Position numbers and translations under genes: made by a program. 64,000 nt of DNA from a virus. This document shows positions 30,001-39,009 of this stretch, one piece after another; position 1 is the stretch's first letter; each line of letters starts with the position of its first letter. The notes beneath the pieces were generated by a model that had not been told where the DNA came from, made no database searches, and saw only the letters and a program-made list of their open reading frames with translations. Where the stretch lies: positions 15,387 through 79,386 of IMG/VR virus record IMGVR_UViG_3300031787_000065. One strand, 5' to 3'.

Positions 30001-33000
30001 TTCGGCTATAGCATTAAAGGCGGCTTGTGCTAGTGCCGCTCCACCAACAACTGCAAGCAAGGGGCCAGCGAGCTTTGCAAGCCCATTAGCTGTACCAGTT
30101 AATAATCCAGCTAAATCTTTACTGCCACCAACTCCTCTGACAGTATTGAAAACAGCTTGTTTTCCACCATTTCCAATTCCTCCACCGCTAAAGAAGTTCA
30201 TTAAGGCTTGTTTTTTCATGCTAACACCAAAGGCTTCTAGCGCAGTCATTGTCGCAAAAACAGTTGTTACACAACCAAGCAAAGAATGGCTTAATTTTGT
30301 CAGAGCGCCACTGCTTTCATCAACTGCTGGTAAAAATCCTTGAAGCAAGCTTGTTGCCATAGATGCAGCAAACATTTTATTATCTGATATCATCCCTCCC
30401 GATCCACGACTATTATTTACGCCAGCCGATCCGCCCACGCCGCCGCCAGTTCCGCCAGATCTAGCACCAACCGTTCCACCCACTGTAGACCACGGATTAG
30501 ACGGTCCAGTGGGGCTAGTTGGTGCAGTAGCTGGTCTACTACTTGTAGATGTTTTTGAAGAAGATGCAGAAGAATTTTTTGCTTTAGTATCATTATCAAG
30601 AGCTTTAATATAACGAGCCATAGCAGCTTGAATTTCTGCGTCTGACTTTCCTTGTCTTTGTAAAGAGCTAATATATTCAGAATATTTTAGAGCTATTTTT
30701 TCTTGAGCAGTTTGCGTTCTATTGTTTGCTATAGCATTAGCTCTAACAGAATCTACAAGAGCGGGAACAACCGTTTGTATGTTGGCAAATGCTAACCTTG
30801 TTTTAGCGGTTTCTGACCCAAGACCTCTTATTAGATCTGATACTGAAAATACTGTTTTTTCTAAAATACCAAAAATTCTAGGATTGATACCAAACGCTTG
30901 AGATCCAACGCGATCAAAAGATGGTTTTACTCCAGTTCCGGCAGTACCCGTGGCAAATCTTTGAACAACTCCACCCTTTGCATATCTACCAACCTTATTC
31001 ATACGATTTAACGCACCGTACCCAATATTCTGCGCAGATGCACGATTAATAACAAATTCACCAGGAGTTAGTAGTGCTGGAACAGTATCTGTACCAACGC
31101 CGCCACCAGTGGCAAAGCCTCGCCTTCTCTGTCTTGCGGCTAAGAAGCCCTTTTGCCTTTCGCTGCCACCCTCATACTCTCTAGTCGCTAAACCCTGCTT
31201 TTGCCTAAAAGTTTCTATGCGGTCTTGCTTTTCAAGTTTTGCCGCCATAGTTTTTTGATAAAGAGCAGAGTCTGGTGGTCTATATGAAAGTAAACCAAAC
31301 TGTTTTTCAAGATCATAATATTCTAACGCTAAGCTCTCAGCGCCAGTTCTGGGATTTATTTTTCTTTCTTGCATTAACTCCTTTAACTTGTCTAAAGTTA
31401 TGCCCTTACGCTTTGCGGCAGCTTTCATATCATCTATGCTATATCGCAAAGACCCAACAGTAAATAGTTCTGGTCCACCAACTTCGCCACCGGTTGCAAA
31501 TTTTTGTATTAAACCACCAAAATGTTTCTTTTGAATTTTTATGCCAGATAATACGCCATTATTAATAGAATTAATTATTTTACTAGAAATGCTACCGCTT
31601 CCAGCATCTCCATCTATGATTTTACTAGAATAAGACGCCTTTGCATCAGCTTGTTTTAGTTTAGAAATGCCGGTTTCATTTCCAAATAAAGCTGCTAATC
31701 TTTTTCTACTACCCTGTAAAGATGAGGATGGGAAATCAAAAACGGCATTGCCAGAAGCAGGCTTTGCGCCAGTTAAAGCGTCTATAACTCCTTCGTATAG
31801 ATATCCAGACGTTGTTCTAATAGCTCCAGCGTCAGATTGAATACGCTTGGCGGCAGACGAAAGCAAAGCATCATTACTGTCAATAGGTGGAATATCTAAT
31901 AACTTTTTAGAAGATACCTCGTTAGCAACAGACATTACTGCTTCTGATAATTTATTTTTTACATTGCTTTGAATAATTTGACTCAAAGATCCAGACTGTA
32001 TATCGCCAATAGAAGGATAAAATGTCTGTATTTGTCCAGCTTGAAGAATACCCTTGGCAGAAAATGTGTCTGGCTTGCCAGCCATTTTATCGCCCTTATT
32101 TTTATAAGGATTTACTCCATTTAATGACAATAATTTAGGATTTGTTATATCAAATGTTTTTTGTTTAAATGGTTTTAATCCGTCTGGAGTTCCTTCTTTG
32201 TTCATAAAGAAAGCTCCAATATTTCCGGGATCTACTGAAAACATTAATTCATCTTTATCTCTTCCAGATGTAAATTTCTTTTTCTTAGTTTGGCTTTCTG
32301 TTTTTTGTATTTTCTGTGCGCCTCTAGCTCTTGCCAATTTTTGAGCCATAGTCATTGGCCCGCCGTCTTCATATCTATTCTCATTCATCGCCGCCAAATT
32401 AGCAGCACCCAACTTTTGAACACTACTCTTTCGTATAACGAATTCTCCAGGACTTAACATGGCAGGAACAGTATCTCTATTACCAGTTCCGGGAACCATG
32501 CCACCCCTAGCAAAATGGTGAACTTTGCCACCCTTGTTGAAGGTTCTAGCGGAAGCTAAACCTCCACCAATCCCGCCAAGAAAAGAACCAAGACCTCTAG
32601 CTATTCTAATAGCAGCTAAAGCTCCTAATAATGGAAGTAGTGGCTTAATAGAATCAGCGAGCTTGATTAAAGATGTGGCTAAAGATAGGGCGGTATTAGC
32701 CATAATCTGGAATGTGGCGGTTTCTGTAATGCTACGAACTAACGCAAGAAATTCTTCTTTAACCTTAGTTATTCTAATGGCTAAAGCTTGTTGCGCAGTG
32801 GCAGCGTCTTGAGCTAAACTGTTTCCAGATTTTTGTGCAACATTAAGCGCGGATTGTGCTACTGAAAATTGTTGTAGTAATGGTAATACTTTACCAATCT
32901 GTCGGAACCCACCAAGTTCTTCTGCTACTCTAATAAATGTTAAATCACCCTCGCCAAGACCGGCTAATGCGCCACTCAATCTTTTCACAGCTTCAAATGG

Positions 33001-33885
33001 GCCAACGAACTTGCCTTCTAAGTCTACAAGCTCAACACCAAACTGTTTTAAGAATTCAATAGTTTGTGGTCGCTGAATACGTGTGAAAATAGTACGCAAG
33101 CCAGTACCAATACTTTCAGCACTTTCTCGCGTCGTTGCTCTTACTGAAGTAAATAATGCTAGTAATTCATTTAGATCTCCACCAGATGCCTTAAACACAC
33201 CGCCCGTTCTACGAATAACGTCAATTAAGTCTCCAGCTTCTACTGCGAACGCGCCAGCAACAGCATTAATAGACCCAAGCTGCTTTTCTAATGATCCAAC
33301 TCCCTCTTGGAACTGTGCTAGAATGGCAATAGCGCCTTCCGCCGTTTCAGTAATACTATCAAAGTTAGGAGCTAAAGCTGCCCTTGCCAATGATTTAAGT
33401 GCTACTTCAGTATCTTTAGAATTTAAACCAGCCTGTAATAGGATGGTAGACACTTCTAATAATGACTGAGAAGATACACCAAGGCCGGTTGATAAGTCAG
33501 TAATAGTACTAGTTAATTTACTAAGCTTACTGAGACTTTCGCCAGTAACCTGAGAAATTTTAACTAATTGTCTTTCAAAATCAATAGCTGTTTGTACAGC
33601 GTCACCAAGAGTGCTGGTAAATAAACCAACAGCCCTTGTGGCAATAGAGAAAGCTGCAAAACGACGAACAGATACAGCAAATGCTCGTCCCATCCTTTCC
33701 GCCGCAGTTGTGGCGTTATTGGTGTTCTGAGTTATTTGCTGTATTTGTCTTTGAGCTTGCTGCGCGCCTTGAACCTGTACATTAACGGTGACGTTATTTA
33801 ACTGGCTCTGTATTTGGCGAACAACTTGTGCTACATTATTGGGTGCTTGTAATTGTAATTGTGCGGTCAGTACAAATCTGGACAT
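27034..33885 (-). CDS. Tape measure protein
   Basis: 2283 aa, Ala/Gln-rich and helical; TP901-type N-terminal core (FERQLVKISQVTG..IGTGLRTIFTRI); hydrophobic Gly/Ala segments; follows the tail tube and chaperones. Confidence 0.9.
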   Translation of the reverse strand: MSRFVLTAQLQLQAPNNVAQVVRQIQSQLNNVTVNVQVQGAQQAQRQIQQITQNTNNATTAAERMGRAFAVSVRRFAAFSIATRAVGLFTSTLGDAVQTAIDFERQLVKISQVTGESLSKLSKLTSTITDLSTGLGVSSQSLLEVSTILLQAGLNSKDTEVALKSLARAALAPNFDSITETAEGAIAILAQFQEGVGSLEKQLGSINAVAGAFAVEAGDLIDVIRRTGGVFKASGGDLNELLALFTSVRATTRESAESIGTGLRTIFTRIQRPQTIEFLKQFGVELVDLEGKFVGPFEAVKRLSGALAGLGEGDLTFIRVAEELGGFRQIGKVLPLLQQFSVAQSALNVAQKSGNSLAQDAATAQQALAIRITKVKEEFLALVRSITETATFQIMANTALSLATSLIKLADSIKPLLPLLGALAAIRIARGLGSFLGGIGGGLASARTFNKGGKVHHFARGGMVPGTGNRDTVPAMLSPGEFVIRKSSVQKLGAANLAAMNENRYEDGGPMTMAQKLARARGAQKIQKTESQTKKKKFTSGRDKDELMFSVDPGNIGAFFMNKEGTPDGLKPFKQKTFDITNPKLLSLNGVNPYKNKGDKMAGKPDTFSAKGILQAGQIQTFYPSIGDIQSGSLSQIIQSNVKNKLSEAVMSVANEVSSKKLLDIPPIDSNDALLSSAAKRIQSDAGAIRTTSGYLYEGVIDALTGAKPASGNAVFDFPSSSLQGSRKRLAALFGNETGISKLKQADAKASYSSKIIDGDAGSGSISSKIINSINNGVLSGIKIQKKHFGGLIQKFATGGEVGGPELFTVGSLRYSIDDMKAAAKRKGITLDKLKELMQERKINPRTGAESLALEYYDLEKQFGLLSYRPPDSALYQKTMAAKLEKQDRIETFRQKQGLATREYEGGSERQKGFLAARQRRRGFATGGGVGTDTVPALLTPGEFVINRASAQNIGYGALNRMNKVGRYAKGGVVQRFATGTAGTGVKPSFDRVGSQAFGINPRIFGILEKTVFSVSDLIRGLGSETAKTRLAFANIQTVVPALVDSVRANAIANNRTQTAQEKIALKYSEYISSLQRQGKSDAEIQAAMARYIKALDNDTKAKNSSASSSKTSTSSRPATAPTSPTGPSNPWSTVGGTVGARSGGTGGGVGGSAGVNNSRGSGGMISDNKMFAASMATSLLQGFLPAVDESSGALTKLSHSLLGCVTTVFATMTALEAFGVSMKKQALMNFFSGGGIGNGGKQAVFNTVRGVGGSKDLAGLLTGTANGLAKLAGPLLAVVGGAALAQAAFNAIAESIYNFEGRLNKAIKSGNVEEAKSVALEKSNFQRGAGSAGGVVAATAAGAAIGSFIPVVGTAVGALVGLGTGLVGVASNFETTTKSAVDLAAAQAGAISTQKSLDQAQKTATTAMQDFERGTITASEALARIRTSTESATIQQNRALDFAQSNTENRQYDKNGNRTWGGYFRDVRATATFGYVDSAQERDDKLGEQSAEMIRKSNEGQARAFELQSPARQAAIRSGLARGQDPERVRREALGIGTRDDKLQRLRDLSDKATNLAKAGDAEGAAAAQEAFIQLKGQVDQINSELLNLEKEVARAKASFEAMNLGLRGAEATSTAMSASMARFASSFEAGSSAFVSDAEFLREAVSSAAQAMDPTDIKNAVSNVAQNLEKLGVSPAFVSKFENNTNAFVAAQQKYSQAFENVRQRIGDKAFKGLNAEDFRKELATELSNLVGGPAKENLKKAIEGINLTDDEIDQIIGGNYEVFGNKLGEAQQKQIESIIKIAQERQKAEQVIIQLTQKRIEAERKLVEAQQEALDLYLEGREVQAGAGGMAVTGAERRGVILGKANVEGDRLGLSGFRSGSAEELRRRNIELRAGAATYEERARTEGGLQGASGVEASEQQRDLQKAYRTQIDTIRSLIKLEQDELKIIQEKNKLEKQSMESLISGDIEKFFEQQAAVGATAAIATGNESLINQFGASALASAFQDIQRQMEAGVQSLYGVQLSGAGGLGEMAAQSALAARGIQSPFAAQSLAGTTPEEEGKRARIRELGGVLSETGQVGIDMAQMELNTAEIIVSQANIKLEEIIQRGNEAASGFARGGMVYASRGMFVPRGTDTVPAMLTPGEFVVNRRATQNNLQLLKAINSGNHVSGSGTAYANRGGKIRGGTQYLSDGGLVGKLMSMLTGMQPVNLDPQVVSNLASALNTFNKDLSANITNLQNTKFQIKLETANINVNFQGASFLSTLKDQIQKELFDQLAKELGNYRVGPGGNIVKSQTVLGK

Positions 33886-33918
33886 ATTTTTCCTTTACTG
33901 ATACGCGCACTATCCAAA

Positions 33919-34761
33919 TTACTGTCCGTCGCTGGTAGATGTAGTACTAATATCTATTTTCTTACCCTTTTCGTCAATATAAGTAACGGTTGGCACATAA
34001 TTGCCAAATTCGTCTAGAATATTGCCGTCTTTGTCTACCCTTTTGCCCTCATCGTTAAGATAAAAGCCATTTCTGTCTATTCTTCGCCCCTCAGTGTCTA
34101 CGGTTTCACCCCTGTCATTTACTAAACTAAGGTTATCGTCAACAAAGTGGAACATTTTAAGGAATTTATTTTCTGGTAGCTTGGCCTCAAAATCCTTGTC
34201 TACGGCATATAGCATTGAAGCTAGATTAGTAGCGGCAGCGAAGCCAATTTCGCTATCAGCATTTTCCTTGTATTCGTCTAAATTAGAATACACCTTATTA
34301 CCATTTTCATAATAAGTACAAGCGGAAACTAGGTAATCAAATCTAGAGTTATCCGATATAGATTCGGCTGTATTTTGCTCTAGTGACATTTTCTCAGCTA
34401 TTAGGTCGCGAAGCTCATTTCTCTTGATTCTCATCTGAATAGCAATATCCTTGCCCTCTGTAGCTCTCATCTTACTATTCTTGTGAGTACCACCAACGTA
34501 CAACTTCTTTTCTAAATCGCTAATTTCTTGAACAATCTTACGCTGTTCTTCGTCCTTACCGTCATCCCAAATGCCCTGTTCTTTCATGAACTTTTCAAGC
34601 TCCTTCTTGGTCATGATGCCATCTCTGACACAATCTGTCCAAGTTTTAGCTCCAACCCTTTGGGCCTGAGATAAAATTACGTTGTTGGGCTTTTTAATAA
34701 CGATCTTAGTTTTTTCGCCGCCCACATTAACTTCTACTATTTTTTCCTTTTCCTGAGACAT
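33919..34761 (-). CDS. Putative tail assembly chaperone with C-terminal DxxG repeats
   Basis: Directly upstream of the TMP; charged helical protein; paralogous to 35127-36173. Confidence 0.55.
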   Translation of the reverse strand: MSQEKEKIVEVNVGGEKTKIVIKKPNNVILSQAQRVGAKTWTDCVRDGIMTKKELEKFMKEQGIWDDGKDEEQRKIVQEISDLEKKLYVGGTHKNSKMRATEGKDIAIQMRIKRNELRDLIAEKMSLEQNTAESISDNSRFDYLVSACTYYENGNKVYSNLDEYKENADSEIGFAAATNLASMLYAVDKDFEAKLPENKFLKMFHFVDDNLSLVNDRGETVDTEGRRIDRNGFYLNDEGKRVDKDGNILDEFGNYVPTVTYIDEKGKKIDISTTSTSDGQ

Positions 34762-34764
34762 ATT

Positions 34765-35124
34765 TTAGTCCTCCTTATTTAGTTTTTGTTGAATTACTGG
34801 CATTTTCATCGAATATCTTAACCATTCTACCTCATACTGGGCTAATTCAGCATCAATATTACGAGCTTGATTATTGCCCTTGTCTAAAATGTCTGACCTA
34901 ACCTTATTATAAAGATTTTTCATAACCTCTTGTTCTTTGGTCAATTTACCATCTGGGCTTGACCATAAAAATCCAAAGCTCTCCTCTATTGTGCTAAGAG
35001 CGCCTATCATAGTAGTCTGAATTTTCTTCTTCAAAATTTTAGATAGTCTATCTTTAGAATCAGCCTTGTATTTTGTTTCTCTAAGCTTTTTATACTCAGC
35101 GTGTTGCTTCCTAAGATCGTCCAT
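34765..35124 (-). CDS. Hypothetical helical protein (tail assembly region)
   Basis: AGGAGG SD; lies between the two chaperone-like paralogs. Confidence 0.6.
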   Translation of the reverse strand: MDDLRKQHAEYKKLRETKYKADSKDRLSKILKKKIQTTMIGALSTIEESFGFLWSSPDGKLTKEQEVMKNLYNKVRSDILDKGNNQARNIDAELAQYEVEWLRYSMKMPVIQQKLNKED

Positions 35125-35126
35125 TA

Positions 35127-36173
35127 TTATCCTCCTTTAAGTTTTCCTCTCATTTGATTAGTCTGCTGCATTTGTAGTTTTAATCGCTCATCTATAAAGT
35201 CGTGCTGATTTACTGATCCCTTTTGTTTTATCATAGCTTCTCTTTGTTTTTTGATAGACATTGCATGACTATTGTTCATTGAGTCTATACGCTCAGCGCC
35301 CTGTTTATCGCCAGTGACAACAAATACCTCTGATGCGTTTTTAATTTTATCATTCTTTGTAGCCGATTCAGTTTCCTGTGCGAGTTTTTCCTGTTCGCGC
35401 TTTTTGGCTTGAATTATAAACCATCCATCTAGCATATCGTCATCTTCAATTACATCTTTTGCTGGACACTCTATGGATTCTTGTATGTTGTCATACATCT
35501 GTGACCATATAATTATATTTTTTTGATTAAATGTTAACTCAGAATTTTTAGGATTATTAAATAGATTTATTCTTGCGTTTTCTCTTGTAACCCACAATGA
35601 TTTCCAAGGCTCATTTCTTGCTAGTTCTCTAGACTGCTTATCTGTCAATAGTGAGGATTGCCATTCGTCAACCACGTATTGTAATGATAATTCGTTAAAC
35701 TTGTAAGATTTATTATTAGAAAATGTTGAGTTTTTAATAGACCATAAAACCTTTTCGTTAGAAGCATATCCCTCAATAGTATTTTGATAATATGAGTTTT
35801 TCTTATGCAGAATAGAACCCAAAGACTCTTCGCATCTTCTAAGGTATATTCTTATTTGCTCCCTTAGTTTGGGAGAATTTCTAGCATTGTAGATTTCTAT
35901 TTTGAGCTTTTCCAAGTCCTTTTTTAATCCTTCTATTTTAGCATCATCGTCGTATAACCATAAGCCATTTTCTCTCATCCAATCCAACATTTCCTCTTCG
36001 CTCATCATTCCGTCAATGTATGCTTGATTATATGCTTCGTTATAAATATAACAAGCTTCTAAAGACTGATCTGTGGTAAGTGGCAATATTGTAAGAGATA
36101 TATTATTTTTTTTGACTGGTACCTTTCCAGATCTTATCATTGCAATAAAAAACTCCCGCTCATGTTGTTTCAT
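35127..36173 (-). CDS. Putative tail assembly chaperone, long paralog
   Basis: Directly downstream of the tail tube gene; N-terminal half aligns with 33919-34761. Confidence 0.5.
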   Translation of the reverse strand: MKQHEREFFIAMIRSGKVPVKKNNISLTILPLTTDQSLEACYIYNEAYNQAYIDGMMSEEEMLDWMRENGLWLYDDDAKIEGLKKDLEKLKIEIYNARNSPKLREQIRIYLRRCEESLGSILHKKNSYYQNTIEGYASNEKVLWSIKNSTFSNNKSYKFNELSLQYVVDEWQSSLLTDKQSRELARNEPWKSLWVTRENARINLFNNPKNSELTFNQKNIIIWSQMYDNIQESIECPAKDVIEDDDMLDGWFIIQAKKREQEKLAQETESATKNDKIKNASEVFVVTGDKQGAERIDSMNNSHAMSIKKQREAMIKQKGSVNQHDFIDERLKLQMQQTNQMRGKLKGG

Positions 36174-36193
36174 AAAAACCTCATGGCGGGAGT
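36152..36193 (-). promoter_or_regulatory. mRNA hairpin enclosing the SD and start codon of 35127-36173
   Basis: Minus strand reads ACTCCCGC-CATG-AGGTTTTT-ATG-AAACAA-CATG-A-GCGGGAGT. Confidence 0.6.
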
Positions 36194-36246
36194 CTTAATA
36201 TTTTATTTCCTTGTAAATCCTAAAAATTAAATAAACTGTAACAGAA

Positions 36247-37353
36247 TTATACGTTGGCTAATTCACCAGCGCCACCGTGTGGAGGAATAACATCAAGATC
36301 GTTATATGTAACGTAGCTAAATGTCATACTAGCATTACCACCGCCAGCGTCTCCACCGCCGTATGTAACAGATGATAGTCTATTCTTAGAGCCTAAATCA
36401 AAAGTCGTGCCATCAGTAAGTCTAATCTTAATGGTTTCTTCTGATGTGTTACTGCCCTCATTTATTGTTCCAACATAGGCTGGATTACCATTCTCATAAG
36501 CATAAACAAAATCACCAGAGATAGAAATAACTTCGAATTCCGCCGTTACTTCTACTGGGAAATTGGGCGCTCTATAGTATGGGGCGCGCTGACCTAGTTC
36601 TAGAATGTCTTCTCGTCCAAGGTCTGTACTAATGCTAATATTTTGAATATGTGCTTTTGGAGCCTTGGCGCTTGAATCCCAATTATTACCAGTGGTAGCA
36701 GTCGCGCTTAAGCCATAGCTATTAAGAACGGCTGTTGGTACGATAGAAGATGCCATAACAACATTTTCTCTTCTTTGAACACCACCCGCAACATATCCAG
36801 ACTGAAGATTCTTAGGAACGTCAACGTTTCCGCTAGTAGCAAACTTTGGAAAAGCTAAAGACGATGTAAACTTATTAGATAAATTCCACTGCTTATGATT
36901 GCCCACAAGCGTTACAGATTCTGTGCAATTGCCTTCTACGGGCAAGGTGTATGAAATGGCATTAACATACATGCCAGACATGTAAACCTGTTGCTGTGGA
37001 GTGCCACTAACAATGTCTTTATCGTCTGGATAGATAGCTAAAACAGCAGAACATCTATTCTTTGTTCTTTCTACGAGCTTATCGCCTGGATTAGAACCGT
37101 TTACATTTTGTGTAGATAAACGGTATGCTAATGGATAGCCGTCAAGAACCTTTTCTATTGTTAGCTCTACGTCGGGAAGACCTTCGATATTTTCATAGAT
37201 AGAAATCTGACCGAGTTCGAAAATTTGTTCTAGGTTGAAAGATGTATTAATGCCAACGCTCTGAACGCCGTGAAGCTCTGTGAAATTGCTTGCGTCTGGG
37301 CATGGAGCAATGGCTACGGCTTGGCAGGCATAAAATATTCTATTATTTGCCAT
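36247..37353 (-). CDS. Major tail tube protein
   Basis: VQSVGINTSFNLEQIFELGQ and IQNISISTDLGREDILELGQ duplicated tube-fold motifs; position; strong SD plus late motif. Confidence 0.75.
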   Translation of the reverse strand: MANNRIFYACQAVAIAPCPDASNFTELHGVQSVGINTSFNLEQIFELGQISIYENIEGLPDVELTIEKVLDGYPLAYRLSTQNVNGSNPGDKLVERTKNRCSAVLAIYPDDKDIVSGTPQQQVYMSGMYVNAISYTLPVEGNCTESVTLVGNHKQWNLSNKFTSSLAFPKFATSGNVDVPKNLQSGYVAGGVQRRENVVMASSIVPTAVLNSYGLSATATTGNNWDSSAKAPKAHIQNISISTDLGREDILELGQRAPYYRAPNFPVEVTAEFEVISISGDFVYAYENGNPAYVGTINEGSNTSEETIKIRLTDGTTFDLGSKNRLSSVTYGGGDAGGGNASMTFSYVTYNDLDVIPPHGGAGELANV

Positions 37354-37393
37354 TATAATTCTCTCCTAATTAAGTGGAAAAACTCTATTTAGA

Positions 37394-37401
37394 TATACAC
37401 G
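37394..37401 (-). promoter_or_regulatory. Putative late promoter CGTGTATA
   Basis: 41 bp upstream of the tail tube ATG. Confidence 0.65.
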
Positions 37402-37405
37402 AAAT

Positions 37406-38377
37406 TTATATAGTGACCTCAATCGTTTCAGCCGTCAATCTCACTATACCAGCATAAAAATTGCTGTTAATTAAATCCATATTTTGAACTGTAGAATTTT
37501 TAAATCTCAGTTTTCCTCTATAAAATAGATCGATTAGCTCTGGATATCTTAAAGCTCCAGAAACCGGCACTCCCATATTGTCCATAGGAAACGCCCCGGA
37601 ATCCGCTATGGCGTTACTATTAAACATATGTATTGTTTTTTCGTTTTGTAGTGATATAATATCTACTAACTTATTCCTAGTGAATTCGTCTTCAGCTAAG
37701 CAGTGAAATATAACGTCGGTTTCTACCGTTTGACCTCCACCAAGCTGATATCCACGAACAGTCCTTCTGGGAACTATTTCTACAGCTATAGCTGGTAATT
37801 GAACCCTGCTTTCTGCTGATAGAGCATATTCATTCTTATTATTAGTATTAAAGTTAGATGGGGCGTCTAATGTTCTGTATTGTATTTCTTTTATCCAGGG
37901 TAAACTATTAGCATATAATATATTAATATATTTATAGCTATATTCAGCTTTAACAATTGATCCAGTGGGAATTGGGTTATTAAATAAGACACGCCCGTTA
38001 AAATAGTCTACTTTGTGAGAATATTGACCACTAGCGGAAGATGGGACAAAGGTATTATTTACATAAACTCCAGAAATTCCAGGGTGGCTATGATTATTCC
38101 CAACAATTGGTGGCGGATTAAAAGATACCCCACTTTGCCAGACCCAGTTTTTTCTAAATCCTTCCCAGGCTAATCCGCTAGGAAAGTTTTTATTAGAAGA
38201 TAATTTTAATCTACTATAATCTCCACCCCTTAAAGAAGCCTCTCCCAGAGAAACATTTTGGTAATTTCCCTTTTGTAACAAGGCCCAATCTAAAAATTCA
38301 ATAATATTATCTTGCAACTCATTATTTAGAGTTGTAGAAAATACATTATCAAATCCTTTTAAGTTTAGGTGGTCCAT
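37406..38377 (-). CDS. Tail terminator/completion protein
   Basis: QLPAIAVEIV..GYQLGG motif; directly upstream of the tail tube. Confidence 0.55.
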   Translation of the reverse strand: MDHLNLKGFDNVFSTTLNNELQDNIIEFLDWALLQKGNYQNVSLGEASLRGGDYSRLKLSSNKNFPSGLAWEGFRKNWVWQSGVSFNPPPIVGNNHSHPGISGVYVNNTFVPSSASGQYSHKVDYFNGRVLFNNPIPTGSIVKAEYSYKYINILYANSLPWIKEIQYRTLDAPSNFNTNNKNEYALSAESRVQLPAIAVEIVPRRTVRGYQLGGGQTVETDVIFHCLAEDEFTRNKLVDIISLQNEKTIHMFNSNAIADSGAFPMDNMGVPVSGALRYPELIDLFYRGKLRFKNSTVQNMDLINSNFYAGIVRLTAETIEVTI

Positions 38378-39009
38378 TAAGCTAAAGCTCTCTTTATAAT
38401 TGAGGTTATGGCCGTTTCTTGAGTTGAACCAATTAACGCTCTAGTAATAAAGTTGTCAGTATTTGTACCAGAGAATTGGGGTGGAATTCTAAAAGCTCCA
38501 CCGGGTAACATGTTTCCCAAATTAGATCGTCCAAGTCCAGTTTGAGGATTGTAACTATAATTAGCCACGATAATAGTGTCGCCCTTCGTTAATAGCCAAT
38601 CTAGCCAGTGTAAATCTCCATTATTAATGTTCACATGGCCCTCTGGTAAAGCCAATAAATTAGCAAAATTAGATGGTTGAAAGTATATTTCTAATCCGCC
38701 AGTTAGATTTGCTTTAAATGGAGTAAATTTTAAACTAATAGAATTTGCGACTGAGGCACATATCGATTCTATTATTGAATTAGTATCTCCAGGAATTCCA
38801 AATAAAGCCACTAAAGATCCAGTACTGTAAGATTGTAAAGACTGTATTTCTGGCTGAGCTTTAATCCAAGATGGTACAATTTTGACTAATTCAGATAGTA
38901 TCCAATTTTGTTGAGATCTTATTTTTTGGGTTAATACATCGGCTATTGCTAAATTAATATTTTTAGTAATTTGCTTTTCTGTTTCTACAAGTCTAATAGA
39001 AAGTGTCAT
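38377..39009 (-). CDS. Neck/tail-completion protein
   Basis: Position in the head-tail joining block; start moved to ATG 39009 (TAATG coupling, GGAG SD). Confidence 0.45.
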   Translation of the reverse strand: MTLSIRLVETEKQITKNINLAIADVLTQKIRSQQNWILSELVKIVPSWIKAQPEIQSLQSYSTGSLVALFGIPGDTNSIIESICASVANSISLKFTPFKANLTGGLEIYFQPSNFANLLALPEGHVNINNGDLHWLDWLLTKGDTIIVANYSYNPQTGLGRSNLGNMLPGGAFRIPPQFSGTNTDNFITRALIGSTQETAITSIIKRALA

